IMG/VR virus record: IMGVR_UViG_3300009161_000033
Coordinates: 1-64,000 of that record
DNA length: 64,000 nt
Origin: a virus
Reading direction: 5' to 3' (one strand)
This document shows, piece after piece, positions 17,363 through 28,100 of the stretch (position 1 is its first letter; each line of letters begins with the position of its first letter). Under the pieces are notes generated by a model. It did not search any database. It was not told where the DNA came from and was given only the letters and a program-made list of their open reading frames with translations. A program made the translations under genes and the position numbers.

Positions 17363-17369
17363 TATTTAT
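17363..17369 (+). promoter_or_regulatory. TATTTAT putative late-promoter motif upstream of the sheath gene (one of about 17 copies)
   Basis: The same heptamer is on the sense strand shortly upstream of most structural transcription units; see findings. Confidence 0.65.
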
Positions 17370-17406
17370 CTATAAAATAAATTAACAAGCTAAAAGAAAA
17401 AAAATA

Positions 17407-20400
17407 ATGGCAACAAACAACAAAGTATTCGTATCTCCTGGAGTGTATACCTCTGAAGTTGATTTGAGTTTTGTAGCACAAAGTGTAGGTGTTACAACTT
17501 TAGGTATTGTTGGTGAGACTTTAAAAGGTCCCGCTTTCGAACCTATCTTTATCAGAAACTTCGATGAGTTTTCATCATATTTTGGAGGAACATCTCCTGA
17601 AAAATTCATAAACACTCAAATACCTAAATACGAAGCGGCTTACATCGCTAAATCTTATTTACAACAATCTAATCAATTGTTCGTAACAAGAGTATTAGGT
17701 TTGTCAGGTTATGATGCTGGACCATCTTGGTCAATTACTACTAAAGCAAACGTTGACCCATCAACAGTAAATTTTTATTGTGAAAGTGCAACAACTATTG
17801 ATTGTGTTACAGAATGTATAGATATATTAACGGTTGATTTCGAGATTGATTTCACAGGTTGTACTGATAGTACATCAAGTATTACATTTACAAACCCATC
17901 TCAAATCCCAACAATGATTGCGGATAGACTTAATTTACCATACGAAAATTTTGACGGTAGTGTTACAACTTTAAATAGTGGAATGCTTAACCAAATATTT
18001 GGTGTTATGAATGACGTTGACCCGTTCACTGCTGAAACAGTAAATATTAATTATTATGGTACTATTGATTCTAATGATTATAACTCATTGTCTACTCAAT
18101 TTACCGATGAAACAAATGTTTTAGGTGTTCCAAGTGTAAGTTCAGAATTAGAAGATTATTCAGCACCACAAAATGACCCTTGGTATTACGCATTATTTGA
18201 TAATTTAGGTAGTGGTAATTATAGTGGTTATTCATATTGGTCAATCGTTTCAGGTTTAACTGATATCACGACTACTACGACAACAACTAGTACGTCAACT
18301 ACAACTACAACAACTAACCCTTGTGTGACACCAACACCAACGTCAACTACAACAACTACAACTGCAAAACCTGTTAAATGTTTCTCAGGTATTTTGAAAG
18401 GTAGAGTTTATGTTTACTCAGGTATGTCATTTACTGATTATGATGATTTGGTAGTTGCAACTTTACGTTCAAGAGGTTTAGCGACTTACGGTAGTGATGA
18501 CGGAGCGGTTTATGAAGTAACAGGATTGACAGATGTACAAATGGTTTGTACTAACCAATATTCAGGTGTTACTAAAAACCCATACTCAACATTTGCATTA
18601 AATGTTACAAATAATGACGGACAACAATTCTTCTTTGAAACTTCATTGTCTAACTCAGATAGTAAATACATTGCTAAAGTATTTGGACAATCTAATTTTG
18701 CAAAACCAAAAGATGTTGTTCCTGTATTTGTTGAAGAAAGATTCCAAACGTTATTAACTTACGGTTATAGAAAAGGATATATTAGAGGTTTAAGTTGTGA
18801 CTTAACTGCTTTACCTGATGCTAGACAAGGTGTTGACCCAACGTCAATCGCTTGGTACTTAGAAAAATATCAATCTCCAACATCACCTTGGGTTGTTTCT
18901 GAATTAAGAGGTACTAAAGTGTACAACTTATTTAGATTTACAACTATTGCTGATGGAGACGTTGCGAATACTGAAGTTAAACTTTCAATTGCAAACATTT
19001 CATTTAACAATGGAACATTTGACGTTCTTGTAAGAGACTTCTTTGATTCAGATAACAATCCTGTAGTTATTGAGAAATTTACTAACTGTACAATGAACCC
19101 TAATGATAATAGTTTTATCGCTAAGAAAATTGGTACTTTAGACGGTGAATACGCATTGAACTCAAAATACATTATGTTGGAAATTAATGAGGATGCTCCG
19201 ATTGACGCATTACCTTGTGGATTCCAAGGATATAACTTTAGAGAATATGCAGGTGTAAGACCTCCATTCCCAATTTATAAAACTAAATACGATTACCCAG
19301 GTGAAGTGGTTTATGACCCACCATTCGGTTTGTCTTCAGGAGCTAATGACTCAAGAACAAGTCCTGGTGACAATGTTCGTAGAACTTATTTAGGTATCTC
19401 TGACACTATTGGTATTGATGTTGACTTCTATTTATATAAAGGTAAACAATTACCATTAGATGTTTGTACAGATATTACAGGTGACGATTGGGCTTACAGA
19501 ACAAGAGGTTTCCACATGGATATTAACGCAAGTGGTATCACAATTCCAAACGGATTTGCAACAAGTGGGACACCAGCATACTATGTAGGTTCTGCACCGT
19601 TTACTTCAGACCCTGAAAATGAGTCTAACCCTTATTACAGATTATACGCTCGTAAATTCTCATTACTATGTCAAGGAGGATTTGACGGATGGGATATCTA
19701 TACAGAACATAGAACAAATGCTGATAAATTCATGTTGGGTAAACAAGGTTATAAAAATGGGGCTTGTCCTTCATTCAAATATCCAACTGCAACAGGATGG
19801 GGAGCGTTCAAACAGATTACTGTTGGGAACAACTCAACTGATTTTGCAAATACTGACTACTACGCTTACTTATTAGGACAACAAACATTCTCTAATCCTG
19901 AAGCGGTAAACATTAACGTATTCGTTACTCCTGGTATTGATTATGTTAACAACCCTAACTTAGTGGGTGACGCGATTGAGATGATTGAGTTTAACAGAGC
20001 TGACTCAGTTTATATCTGTACAACTCCTGACTATAACATGTTTGTTCCTACAACAGGTAACCAATTAGATTTGATTTACCCACAAGAGGCGGTAGACAAT
20101 TTAGAGACTGCAGGAATTGACTCTAACTACTCGGCAACTTATTACCCATGGGTATTAACAAGAGATACTGTTAACAACACACAAATCTATCTTCCACCAA
20201 CTGCGGAGGTAACAAGAAACTTGGCGTTAACAGATAACATCGCTTTCCCTTGGTTCGCTGCGGCGGGTTACACTCGTGGTATTGTAAACGCAATCAAAGC
20301 GAGAAAGAAACTTACTCAAGAAGATAGAGATACTCTATACAAAGGTAGAATCAACCCAATTGCAACCTTCTCTGATGTAGGTACTGTAATTTGGGGTAAC

Positions 20401-20742
20401 AAAACTCTACAAATTAGAGAGTCTGCACTTGACAGAATTAACGTAAGAAGATTGTTATTACAAGCTCGTAAGTTGATTTCAGCGGTTTCAGTAAGATTGT
20501 TGTTTGAACAAAATGACCAAAAAGTAAGACAAGATTTCTTAGATGCGGTTAACCCTATCTTAGATGCAATCAGAAGAGACAGAGGTTTATACGATTTCCG
20601 TGTAACAGTTTCTTCAGACGTGGCTGACTTAGACAGAAACCAAATGACAGGTAAAATCTATATCAAACCAACTAAATCTCTTGAGTTCATAGACATTACG
20701 TTCTACATTACTCCAACAGGTGCATCGTTTGATAATATCTAA
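17407..20742 (+). CDS. Contractile tail sheath protein (gp18-like) with large insertions
   Basis: FVSPGVYTSEVD N-terminus; YYPWV, PWFAAAGYTRG, INPI, WGNKTL, DRINVRRL, LFEQND, IYIKPTKSLEFIDITF. Confidence 0.95.
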   Translation: MATNNKVFVSPGVYTSEVDLSFVAQSVGVTTLGIVGETLKGPAFEPIFIRNFDEFSSYFGGTSPEKFINTQIPKYEAAYIAKSYLQQSNQLFVTRVLGLSGYDAGPSWSITTKANVDPSTVNFYCESATTIDCVTECIDILTVDFEIDFTGCTDSTSSITFTNPSQIPTMIADRLNLPYENFDGSVTTLNSGMLNQIFGVMNDVDPFTAETVNINYYGTIDSNDYNSLSTQFTDETNVLGVPSVSSELEDYSAPQNDPWYYALFDNLGSGNYSGYSYWSIVSGLTDITTTTTTTSTSTTTTTTNPCVTPTPTSTTTTTTAKPVKCFSGILKGRVYVYSGMSFTDYDDLVVATLRSRGLATYGSDDGAVYEVTGLTDVQMVCTNQYSGVTKNPYSTFALNVTNNDGQQFFFETSLSNSDSKYIAKVFGQSNFAKPKDVVPVFVEERFQTLLTYGYRKGYIRGLSCDLTALPDARQGVDPTSIAWYLEKYQSPTSPWVVSELRGTKVYNLFRFTTIADGDVANTEVKLSIANISFNNGTFDVLVRDFFDSDNNPVVIEKFTNCTMNPNDNSFIAKKIGTLDGEYALNSKYIMLEINEDAPIDALPCGFQGYNFREYAGVRPPFPIYKTKYDYPGEVVYDPPFGLSSGANDSRTSPGDNVRRTYLGISDTIGIDVDFYLYKGKQLPLDVCTDITGDDWAYRTRGFHMDINASGITIPNGFATSGTPAYYVGSAPFTSDPENESNPYYRLYARKFSLLCQGGFDGWDIYTEHRTNADKFMLGKQGYKNGACPSFKYPTATGWGAFKQITVGNNSTDFANTDYYAYLLGQQTFSNPEAVNINVFVTPGIDYVNNPNLVGDAIEMIEFNRADSVYICTTPDYNMFVPTTGNQLDLIYPQEAVDNLETAGIDSNYSATYYPWVLTRDTVNNTQIYLPPTAEVTRNLALTDNIAFPWFAAAGYTRGIVNAIKARKKLTQEDRDTLYKGRINPIATFSDVGTVIWGNKTLQIRESALDRINVRRLLLQARKLISAVSVRLLFEQNDQKVRQDFLDAVNPILDAIRRDRGLYDFRVTVSSDVADLDRNQMTGKIYIKPTKSLEFIDITFYITPTGASFDNI

Positions 20743-20752
20743 AAATAATTTT

Positions 20753-20792
20753 AGGACAAGTCGGTTAAAAAATCGGCTTGTCCTTATTTATT
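20753..20792 (+). terminator. Probable intrinsic terminator after the sheath gene
   Basis: AGGACAAGTCGGTT-AAAA-AATCGGCTTGTCCT, a 14-bp stem with G-U pairs, followed by TATTTATT. Confidence 0.65.
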
Positions 20793-20795
20793 AAT

Positions 20796-21620
20796 ATGAC
20801 AATGATAAGAAAAGGAAGATATATTAATGAAGGGTTGACTGAGGAGGGAACTCCTGACATGAAGTATTATGCTTTTGATTGGGATGATAATATCATGATT
20901 ATGCCAACAAAAATTATTTTAAAAGATGAAAGTGGTGATGAGGTTGGAATGACAACTGAAGACTTTGCGGAATATAGAACTGAAATTGGTAAAGAACCTT
21001 TTGAATACGAGGGACATACTATTGTTGGTTTTGCTGAGGAACCTTTCAGATACTTTGGTGTTAAAGGTGACAAACAATTTATTATTGATTCTTTAACCGC
21101 AAAACCAGGACCTGCATGGGACGACTTTGTGGAAGCAATTAATAATGGGTCTATCTTCTCAATAATAACTGCAAGAGGACATACCCCAAGTGTATTAAAG
21201 GAAGCAATCTATAACCTTATCATTTCAAACCGAAATGGAATATCTTCAAAAGAGTTAGTTAAGAATTTAGAAAAATATCGTGAATTAGCCGACCAAGAAA
21301 ATACGTCTCCAAAAGAAATGATTCGTGAATATTTGGACTTATGTAAATATCATCCTGTAAGTTATGGTGAAGGTTCCGCAACTAATCCTGAAGAAGGTAA
21401 AGTTAAAGCGATGAAAGAATTTATTAACTATATTAAAGAAACTTCTTCAAATATTAATAAACAGGCATATTTAAAGAATAAAGTATCCAACAGATTTGTA
21501 TTACCTAAGATAGGTTTTTCAGATGACGATATAAGGAATGTAGAAACAATGAGAAAGAATTTTGATAAAGACGACTTAAATATTTATCATACAAGTAAAG
21601 AAGGTAAAAAGAATTACTAG
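20796..21620 (+). CDS. HAD-superfamily phosphatase-like protein
   Basis: Motif I FDWDDNI, motif II ITARG, a Lys, and motif IV FSDDD. ATG at 20796 (or 20802) is preferred over the TTG inside the terminator. Confidence 0.65.
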   Translation: MTMIRKGRYINEGLTEEGTPDMKYYAFDWDDNIMIMPTKIILKDESGDEVGMTTEDFAEYRTEIGKEPFEYEGHTIVGFAEEPFRYFGVKGDKQFIIDSLTAKPGPAWDDFVEAINNGSIFSIITARGHTPSVLKEAIYNLIISNRNGISSKELVKNLEKYRELADQENTSPKEMIREYLDLCKYHPVSYGEGSATNPEEGKVKAMKEFINYIKETSSNINKQAYLKNKVSNRFVLPKIGFSDDDIRNVETMRKNFDKDDLNIYHTSKEGKKNY

Positions 21621-21728
21621 AACTGGACTAGTAGAAGATTAAAATTAAAAAAATAAAAGTAAAGAGAAAAAATTTCATCTCTGTATATTTATAGAAATAA
21701 ACTAAACAAAAAAACAAAAAACAATACA

Positions 21729-22217
21729 ATGGCTGATTTACTAATGAAAATGCCGATTCCTTACGAACCGAAAAGACAAAACAGGTTCATTCTTCGTTTC
21801 CCTTCTACTTTGGGAATTAACGAATGGTTTGTGGAATCAACATCAAGACCTCATATAACAATTAACCCTGTTGAGATTCCGTTCTTAAATACTTCAACGT
21901 ATGTTGCAGGACGTTTCACATGGGGAACTATTAACGCTAAATTCCGTGACCCTATCGGACCTTCTGCATCACAAGCCTTAATGGAATGGGTACGTTTATG
22001 TGCTGAGTCTGTAACAGGTCGTATGGGTTATGCTGCAGGTTATAAGAAAAACATTGACCTTGAAATGTTAGACCCAACAGGAGTTGTTGTGGAAAAATGG
22101 ATTATGGAAGGTACTTTTTTATCTGACGTTAACTTTGACACCTTAGCTTACAATACTGATGCTATCGCAAGTATTACTGCGACATTACGTATGGACCGTT
22201 GTATTTTAGTTTACTAA
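21729..22217 (+). CDS. Tail tube protein (gp19-like)
   Basis: YEPKRQNRF, YVAGRFTW, YKKNIDLEMLDPTGVVVEKW; 162 aa, downstream of the sheath gene. Confidence 0.9.
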   Translation: MADLLMKMPIPYEPKRQNRFILRFPSTLGINEWFVESTSRPHITINPVEIPFLNTSTYVAGRFTWGTINAKFRDPIGPSASQALMEWVRLCAESVTGRMGYAAGYKKNIDLEMLDPTGVVVEKWIMEGTFLSDVNFDTLAYNTDAIASITATLRMDRCILVY

Positions 22218-22240
22218 TTTTTGTTTTATTATTATAAATG

Positions 22241-22273
22241 AATCCTGTGCAGAAATGTACGGGATTTTTTTTT
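22241..22273 (+). terminator. Intrinsic terminator after the tail tube gene
   Basis: AATCCTGTGCA-GAAA-TGTACGGGATT followed by a T-tract. Confidence 0.85.
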
Positions 22274-22339
22274 GTAAAAAAAGTATTCTCTTTATAAAAA
22301 ACAAAGGTAACCTATATTTTATAATAAAACAAACATATT

Positions 22340-23098
22340 ATGGACCAAGATTTAATTAAAGCTGGAACTGAAGGGTTTAGTCTACCACATGACGTTGTAG
22401 GATTACCCACAGGAGGTGTATTTTACAAATCAAAAAAGAAAACTGTTAAAGTAGGTTATTTAACCGCGAACGATGAAAATATATTATTGGGGGCTGCTCA
22501 AAACGCAAACACTGATGTAATTCTTTCATTACTTAGAAATAAACTATACGAAACTGATATTAGACCTGATGAACTTTTGAATGGTGATATTGAAGCGTTG
22601 ATGATTTTTTTAAGAAACACATCATTTGGACCTGAGTATAACGTCACTTTAAATGACCCCAAGACAGGAAAACCATTCACTTCAACAATCATTTTAGATG
22701 AATTGAATATTAAACAGTGTGAATATAAACCTGATGATAACGGTTTATTTACAACTAAATTACCTAAAACAGGTGTAACTGTTAAACTTAAACCATTAAC
22801 TTATGGTGAGGTTATGGAATTGGGTAAAATGGCTGACCAATACCCTGCAGGTAGAGTCGCACCAACTGTGACATGGAGATTAAATAAACAAATCCAAGAA
22901 GTTGACGGTACTACCGATAAAGGACAGATTGCAATGTTTATTGAAGCGTTACCAATTATGGACTCAAAGTATATCCGTAAATTTATGAAAGATAATGAAC
23001 CGTCTTTAGACCTAACAAAAACACTACAAGCCCCGTCTGGAGAATTGGTAACCTTTGAAGTTGCCTTTGGGGTGGAGTTTTTTCGGCCTTTCTTCTAA
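22340..23098 (+). CDS. Baseplate hub/tail assembly chaperone (T4 gp26-like)
   Basis: LPTGG.FY, YLTA.DE.IL, LL.GD...L.IFLR..SFG..Y, C-terminal EFFRP; lies between tube and tape measure genes. Confidence 0.7.
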   Translation: MDQDLIKAGTEGFSLPHDVVGLPTGGVFYKSKKKTVKVGYLTANDENILLGAAQNANTDVILSLLRNKLYETDIRPDELLNGDIEALMIFLRNTSFGPEYNVTLNDPKTGKPFTSTIILDELNIKQCEYKPDDNGLFTTKLPKTGVTVKLKPLTYGEVMELGKMADQYPAGRVAPTVTWRLNKQIQEVDGTTDKGQIAMFIEALPIMDSKYIRKFMKDNEPSLDLTKTLQAPSGELVTFEVAFGVEFFRPFF

Positions 23099-23240
23099 TT
23101 ACCGACAATATCTTATTGAGGAGTACTACCTAATGGCTAAGTTTCTCAGAACATCGTATTCTGATTTCCATATTATGCCGACCTACATGAGAAAATTTCT
23201 TATTGATAAAATCATAGAACATAACACACCCAAAAATTAA
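23078..23240 (+). CDS. Chaperone C-terminal extension, probably reached by a programmed frameshift
   Basis: ORF in the +1 frame overlapping the end of the chaperone (YRQYLIEEYYLMAKFLRTSYSDFHIMPTYMRKFLI). It has no convincing start of its own, and TTT_TTT_CGG lies at the junction. Confidence 0.55.
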
Positions 23241-23284
23241 TTTAAAAAAGGGGTGTGTTATGTATTTATAATAAAACAACTTAA

Positions 23285-25138
23285 ATGGCTGATTCAGGTG
23301 GTACTATAAATGATATAAAATCTTACACAAGTAATCTACTTAGTGAGTTTAAGACTGCATTCATGTCTAACTTTAATGTTGACGAAATTAAAAAACAAAT
23401 TAAGGAGGTTGATGAGGCAGCTTCTATAGTTACTAAACAATTTGGACAAGGTAGAGAACAGATTGTTGCGATTAAAGCGGCAATGGCCGATGCGGTAACA
23501 AGTGTCACCGCTTTAGGAGGAGGTTTTTCAGATATTGCTGAGATTCAAAGAAATATAAGTGATAGTTTAGGTAGGAATGTAATAGCTAGTACCGAATCTT
23601 ATGAAAAAATTTACGCGTTAAAACAAGTTCTTGGAGAAGCCTCAGCAGGTATGATTAAATCATTTAAAGACGCAGGTTACTCAGCGTATCAGGCGGGAAG
23701 TCAAATGGAGAAGGTGGTTAATACCGCAAGAGAAATAGGGGTAAACGCAACCGCAGTATCCTCACAAGTTCTAAGTAATATGGACATGTTAAACAAATAC
23801 ACATTCCAAGGAGGTGTTGAAGGTTTGGCAAAAATGGCCGCTCAAGCGATTAATTTACGAATCTCGGTTACAGATATCAAAGGTGCTATGGAGAAAGCGT
23901 TTAATCCTGAGTCCGCAATTGATATGGCAGCGTCATTACAAAGGTTAGGTGTTGCTCAAGGTGATTTATTAGACCCATTAAGATTAATGGATATGGCACA
24001 AAATGACCCCGCTGAGTTAATGAATCAAATTGGGGAGATGTCCCAACAATTTGTTCAACTTAACAAAGATGGACATTTTGAAATTATGCCAGGGGCTAAA
24101 AGACAATTGATGGAGATTGAATCCTCTATGGGGTTAACACAAGGTAGTTTATCAAAAATGGCGTTAAGTTCTGCAGAATTAGATGATAAAATGTCTAAGA
24201 TTAGATTCCCTGAGTTTGCAACAAAAGAACAACAACAGTTAATTGCCAATATGGCTGAGATGGACACCAATGGTGAATATAAAATTACCATGACTGATGA
24301 AAAAGGTGAGAAAGTTACAAAATCAATTACCGAGATTAATCCTTCAGACATTGAAAAATTAAAAGAAGCCTCAGCCCCAAAAAGTATGGAGGACTTGGCC
24401 AAGGACCAATTAAATACTCAACAGTCTATGGATGCAAGTCTTAAAACTTTGGCAGGTAGAACGGGATACGCATTGGCGGGTACTAAAAGTATTACTGACG
24501 CACAAAACGCGGGTAGAGAAGTATACTCAAAAGTTCCAAAAATACCAGGGGAATCGTTTTCAATTAAAGGACTACGAGAGAATATGGGTGAAGGTTTAGA
24601 TAACTTTATAAAAGCTATTGGTGATGGTAAACCTATGGAAGCTCTTATGGGTGCTGCCGCAGGAACCGCAAAATTTTTAGATACTGCTTTTAAAGAATCG
24701 TTTGAAAATACTAAAACTGTTATTGACGAATTGGGGAAATCAACAAATCCTGTAATAACGGCGTTTGAAAAAATTGGTAAAAGTACAGTTAATGCGGTTG
24801 CTGAACATGAAAATATTAAAGTGAAAGATTTTACTATTGAAACACACCCTGAAGATAAATTAGTAATGGCAGGAGGAACTAATCTTGATGGAAATAAAAA
24901 TTCAGGGAATTCAACTCAAACTGATACAAAAACAACTGCCGATATTAATTTGAATATTAAGATTGAAGCACCTTCAAATATTGACACCGCTCAACTAATG
25001 TTAGCCTTCAATGACCAATCAGTTAGACAACAAATGATTAGTGCATTTCAAAAAGGTTTGAGTGATAGTAATGGTTCAGGTCCTTTAAACCCTATTGAAG
25101 CAAGAAAACAAATGATGAATCTTGGTAATATGGTGTAA
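23285..25138 (+). CDS. Tape measure protein-like
   Basis: Ala/Met/Gln-rich helical 617-aa protein immediately after the tube and chaperone genes. Confidence 0.7.
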   Translation: MADSGGTINDIKSYTSNLLSEFKTAFMSNFNVDEIKKQIKEVDEAASIVTKQFGQGREQIVAIKAAMADAVTSVTALGGGFSDIAEIQRNISDSLGRNVIASTESYEKIYALKQVLGEASAGMIKSFKDAGYSAYQAGSQMEKVVNTAREIGVNATAVSSQVLSNMDMLNKYTFQGGVEGLAKMAAQAINLRISVTDIKGAMEKAFNPESAIDMAASLQRLGVAQGDLLDPLRLMDMAQNDPAELMNQIGEMSQQFVQLNKDGHFEIMPGAKRQLMEIESSMGLTQGSLSKMALSSAELDDKMSKIRFPEFATKEQQQLIANMAEMDTNGEYKITMTDEKGEKVTKSITEINPSDIEKLKEASAPKSMEDLAKDQLNTQQSMDASLKTLAGRTGYALAGTKSITDAQNAGREVYSKVPKIPGESFSIKGLRENMGEGLDNFIKAIGDGKPMEALMGAAAGTAKFLDTAFKESFENTKTVIDELGKSTNPVITAFEKIGKSTVNAVAEHENIKVKDFTIETHPEDKLVMAGGTNLDGNKNSGNSTQTDTKTTADINLNIKIEAPSNIDTAQLMLAFNDQSVRQQMISAFQKGLSDSNGSGPLNPIEARKQMMNLGNMV

Positions 25139-25176
25139 AAATAAAGATGAAACCTATTTATAAATAAAAATAATAC

Positions 25177-28100
25177 ATGACAGGGAGTACATTATCTTTC
25201 ACATCGTCCGCAAGTTTTAGAGATAGTTTACTATCTAAAAATTTGGCACCATATACTGTTTCAGGTGTATACACTCCACCTTCGGGTCCTATTAGTTATG
25301 AGGTAGTCCAAAACGTCTCAGAAGTGATAGATTCTCCTGATAGTTTAATAAGTGATGACCCTTTTGCACAACAACTATATCCATTAAATGAATATGGTCC
25401 TGAGGGGGGTTATAATTTAAATATTACTTACAATAACCCACCGTTACCTGTTAACTCAAATCAAGGTGAGTATAGTCCTAACGATACTGTTTTAGATTTA
25501 GTTAATGAATTTTATATTGATGCGGGATATATTGAAAATAGATATGGACCTGATGGAGGATTTAAAGACATGGTTATTATTGATACCCTTCAAAACAATA
25601 ATAAAATTTATCAACCATATTGGAATCCACCAACGTTTGTACCTTCATTATACACACCGTTTGAAATTCTAACTTCAACGTCACCTGTTGGTTCTGACGG
25701 ACCATTATCTCAAGATTCTTATCTTGCTAAGATAGGTGCAATAACATTAAAAAGTTTATTTGAAGATAGAATAGCCCTTGAGATTTATCAAAATACTGTT
25801 GGTGCGGTTAACTTACAATCACTACAAGACCCTTTTGAGGCAAGTTTATTAGCCACAGGACAACAACCTTTAATTTATAAAAATTGGAAAATCACGGTTC
25901 CTGAAAACCCTGTTTTTGCGGCAATTGACTTTGCAACAAGATTGGCGGGAGCGTATTGGCCTGTTTCACCAATCCCTGGAGATTATTTTGATGAGAATGA
26001 TTTAAATAGTCAAACACCACAAACATCAAACGCGTTAAATGTAACGAATCAATTAACAGGAGGATTCTTAGGACCGATTTTAAATAAATCAAGAAACCCA
26101 TCGGAAATATTTATTGCCAATACAGGTAATGGACAGAGGTCCGCATTATTTGCAAACATTGATTATAATAGATACAAACCAGGTTATCCAAAAAGTTTTG
26201 GTGGTTTATTAGGAGTTGGACAAGCTTTAGTTAATTTGGCCGTTAATTTAATTAACCCTGATAATGGAACACTTGTAGGTGGTTATTATGTTGGTAGTAA
26301 AAATGCTGAACCGTCAACAATTACCTCACCTTCTAATCAAATCCCTGTTGACCCATTTGGAAAACAAGTTCAGACACCTGTATATGGTCCGTCTGAATTG
26401 GGTATTTTATTTGAGGGTAATGAAAAACAAATTAACTTTGGTCTTGCGGGTAAATCATCAAGTGATGGTGGAGGTATTGATGGTCAATTTGTTTGGGTTT
26501 CACCTAAGTATAAAGACAATGCTGGATTCCACGCAACTCCTGGAGGTGGTTCAGGAAGTATGGACCAACAGTTTAATCAGATTAGTTCAAATTACCTGAA
26601 AGATGAATCAACAAATATTACTTTCAAACAATCGTCAATCCTTGACCAAACTCAAAGATTAGTTGATTCTGCGGATAATGTTACGGGAATCAATAGATTA
26701 AAACACGTTGGTAATGCAATCAACCAAGTCAGTAAAGTATTCAATGATGGGTATAAAGAAATGACCAAAGGTTCTCAAGTATTGTCTTATACTGATAATA
26801 CAACAGGGGGAGAAGTTGGTATTGAATATTGTAGAGTGTTCACTAAGGATACACCATATTATACTTATGCTGACTTACAAAAAACTGATGGTATTACTAC
26901 TTCAGGAAGAAGATTTACTAATTCAGTATTTGATAATACATACAATTTAAATATCGCCCCATTAAAAAATCCTGGCTCAACAAACATTGTTGCTGACGGA
27001 CCTAATGGTATTGGTGGTTACGCTAAAAAATATATGTTCTCAATTGAGAACTTAGCTTGGAGAACATCAAGTAGACCTGGATTTACTTACGATGAATTAC
27101 CCGTATGTGAAAAAGGACCGAATGGAGGTAGAGTTATGTGGTTTCCACCATATGATATTAAATTTACCGAAACAAGTTCACCGTCTTTCCAAGGAACAGA
27201 TTTCTTAGGAAGACCTGAACCTATTTACACATATAAAAGTACTTCAAGAACAGGAACACTGTCTTGGAAAATGATTGTTGACCACCCTTCAGTTATGAAT
27301 ATTGTGGTTGAAAAACAATTAAAAGGTCAAAATAAAGAAAGAATTAATTCAATCATCGATTCATTTTTTGCTGGTTGTGTTAAGTTTGACATTTATGAAT
27401 TAGCCAAGAAATTTAATACGATTCCTGTTAAGGATTTATACACTTATCAAGAAATATTAAATAACCCAAGATTAACTGATGAAGAATTATCAGGTATTAA
27501 TAAGTCAATTCCTAAAGAGAATACGGACACGAGTGGGGATAATCAAAATACTAATACAGGTAGTAAAACTACTGAAGATACCACAGGTTCAGGTTTTATT
27601 GATACATTTAAAGAATTGGCGTTTTATTTTCATAATGATAGACCTGACCCTAATACTAATAGTACGGTGTCAAGTTTATCTTATGACCAAACATTTGGAC
27701 CTTATGAGGCGTTATTACCAACTTATGTGACTAAAGCAAACACATTATTTAGTGACACCGCGAATTTTTGTAAAAAAACAGGTAATGTAGTTGGAACAAG
27801 TGGTGATGCTAAAACAAACATTGATTTAGGTGAAACTTATGACGTTTATTGTAAAAACGCTAAACCCGTTGAAGACTTTTTTAATAAAGTAGTTAAATCA
27901 AATTACAATAAAATTGCTAATGATGATGAGAACTTTATTAAAAAGGCTTATGAAATAATTAATGATAAAAAAGGTGAAATAACAGTAACTTTAATTGGTT
28001 CTGCATCGGCACCCGCACAAGAAAACTACAATAAAAACCTATCACAAAGAAGGATTGATTCAGTTAAGAAATTTTTTAAAACGTTCAAAACTAAAGACGG

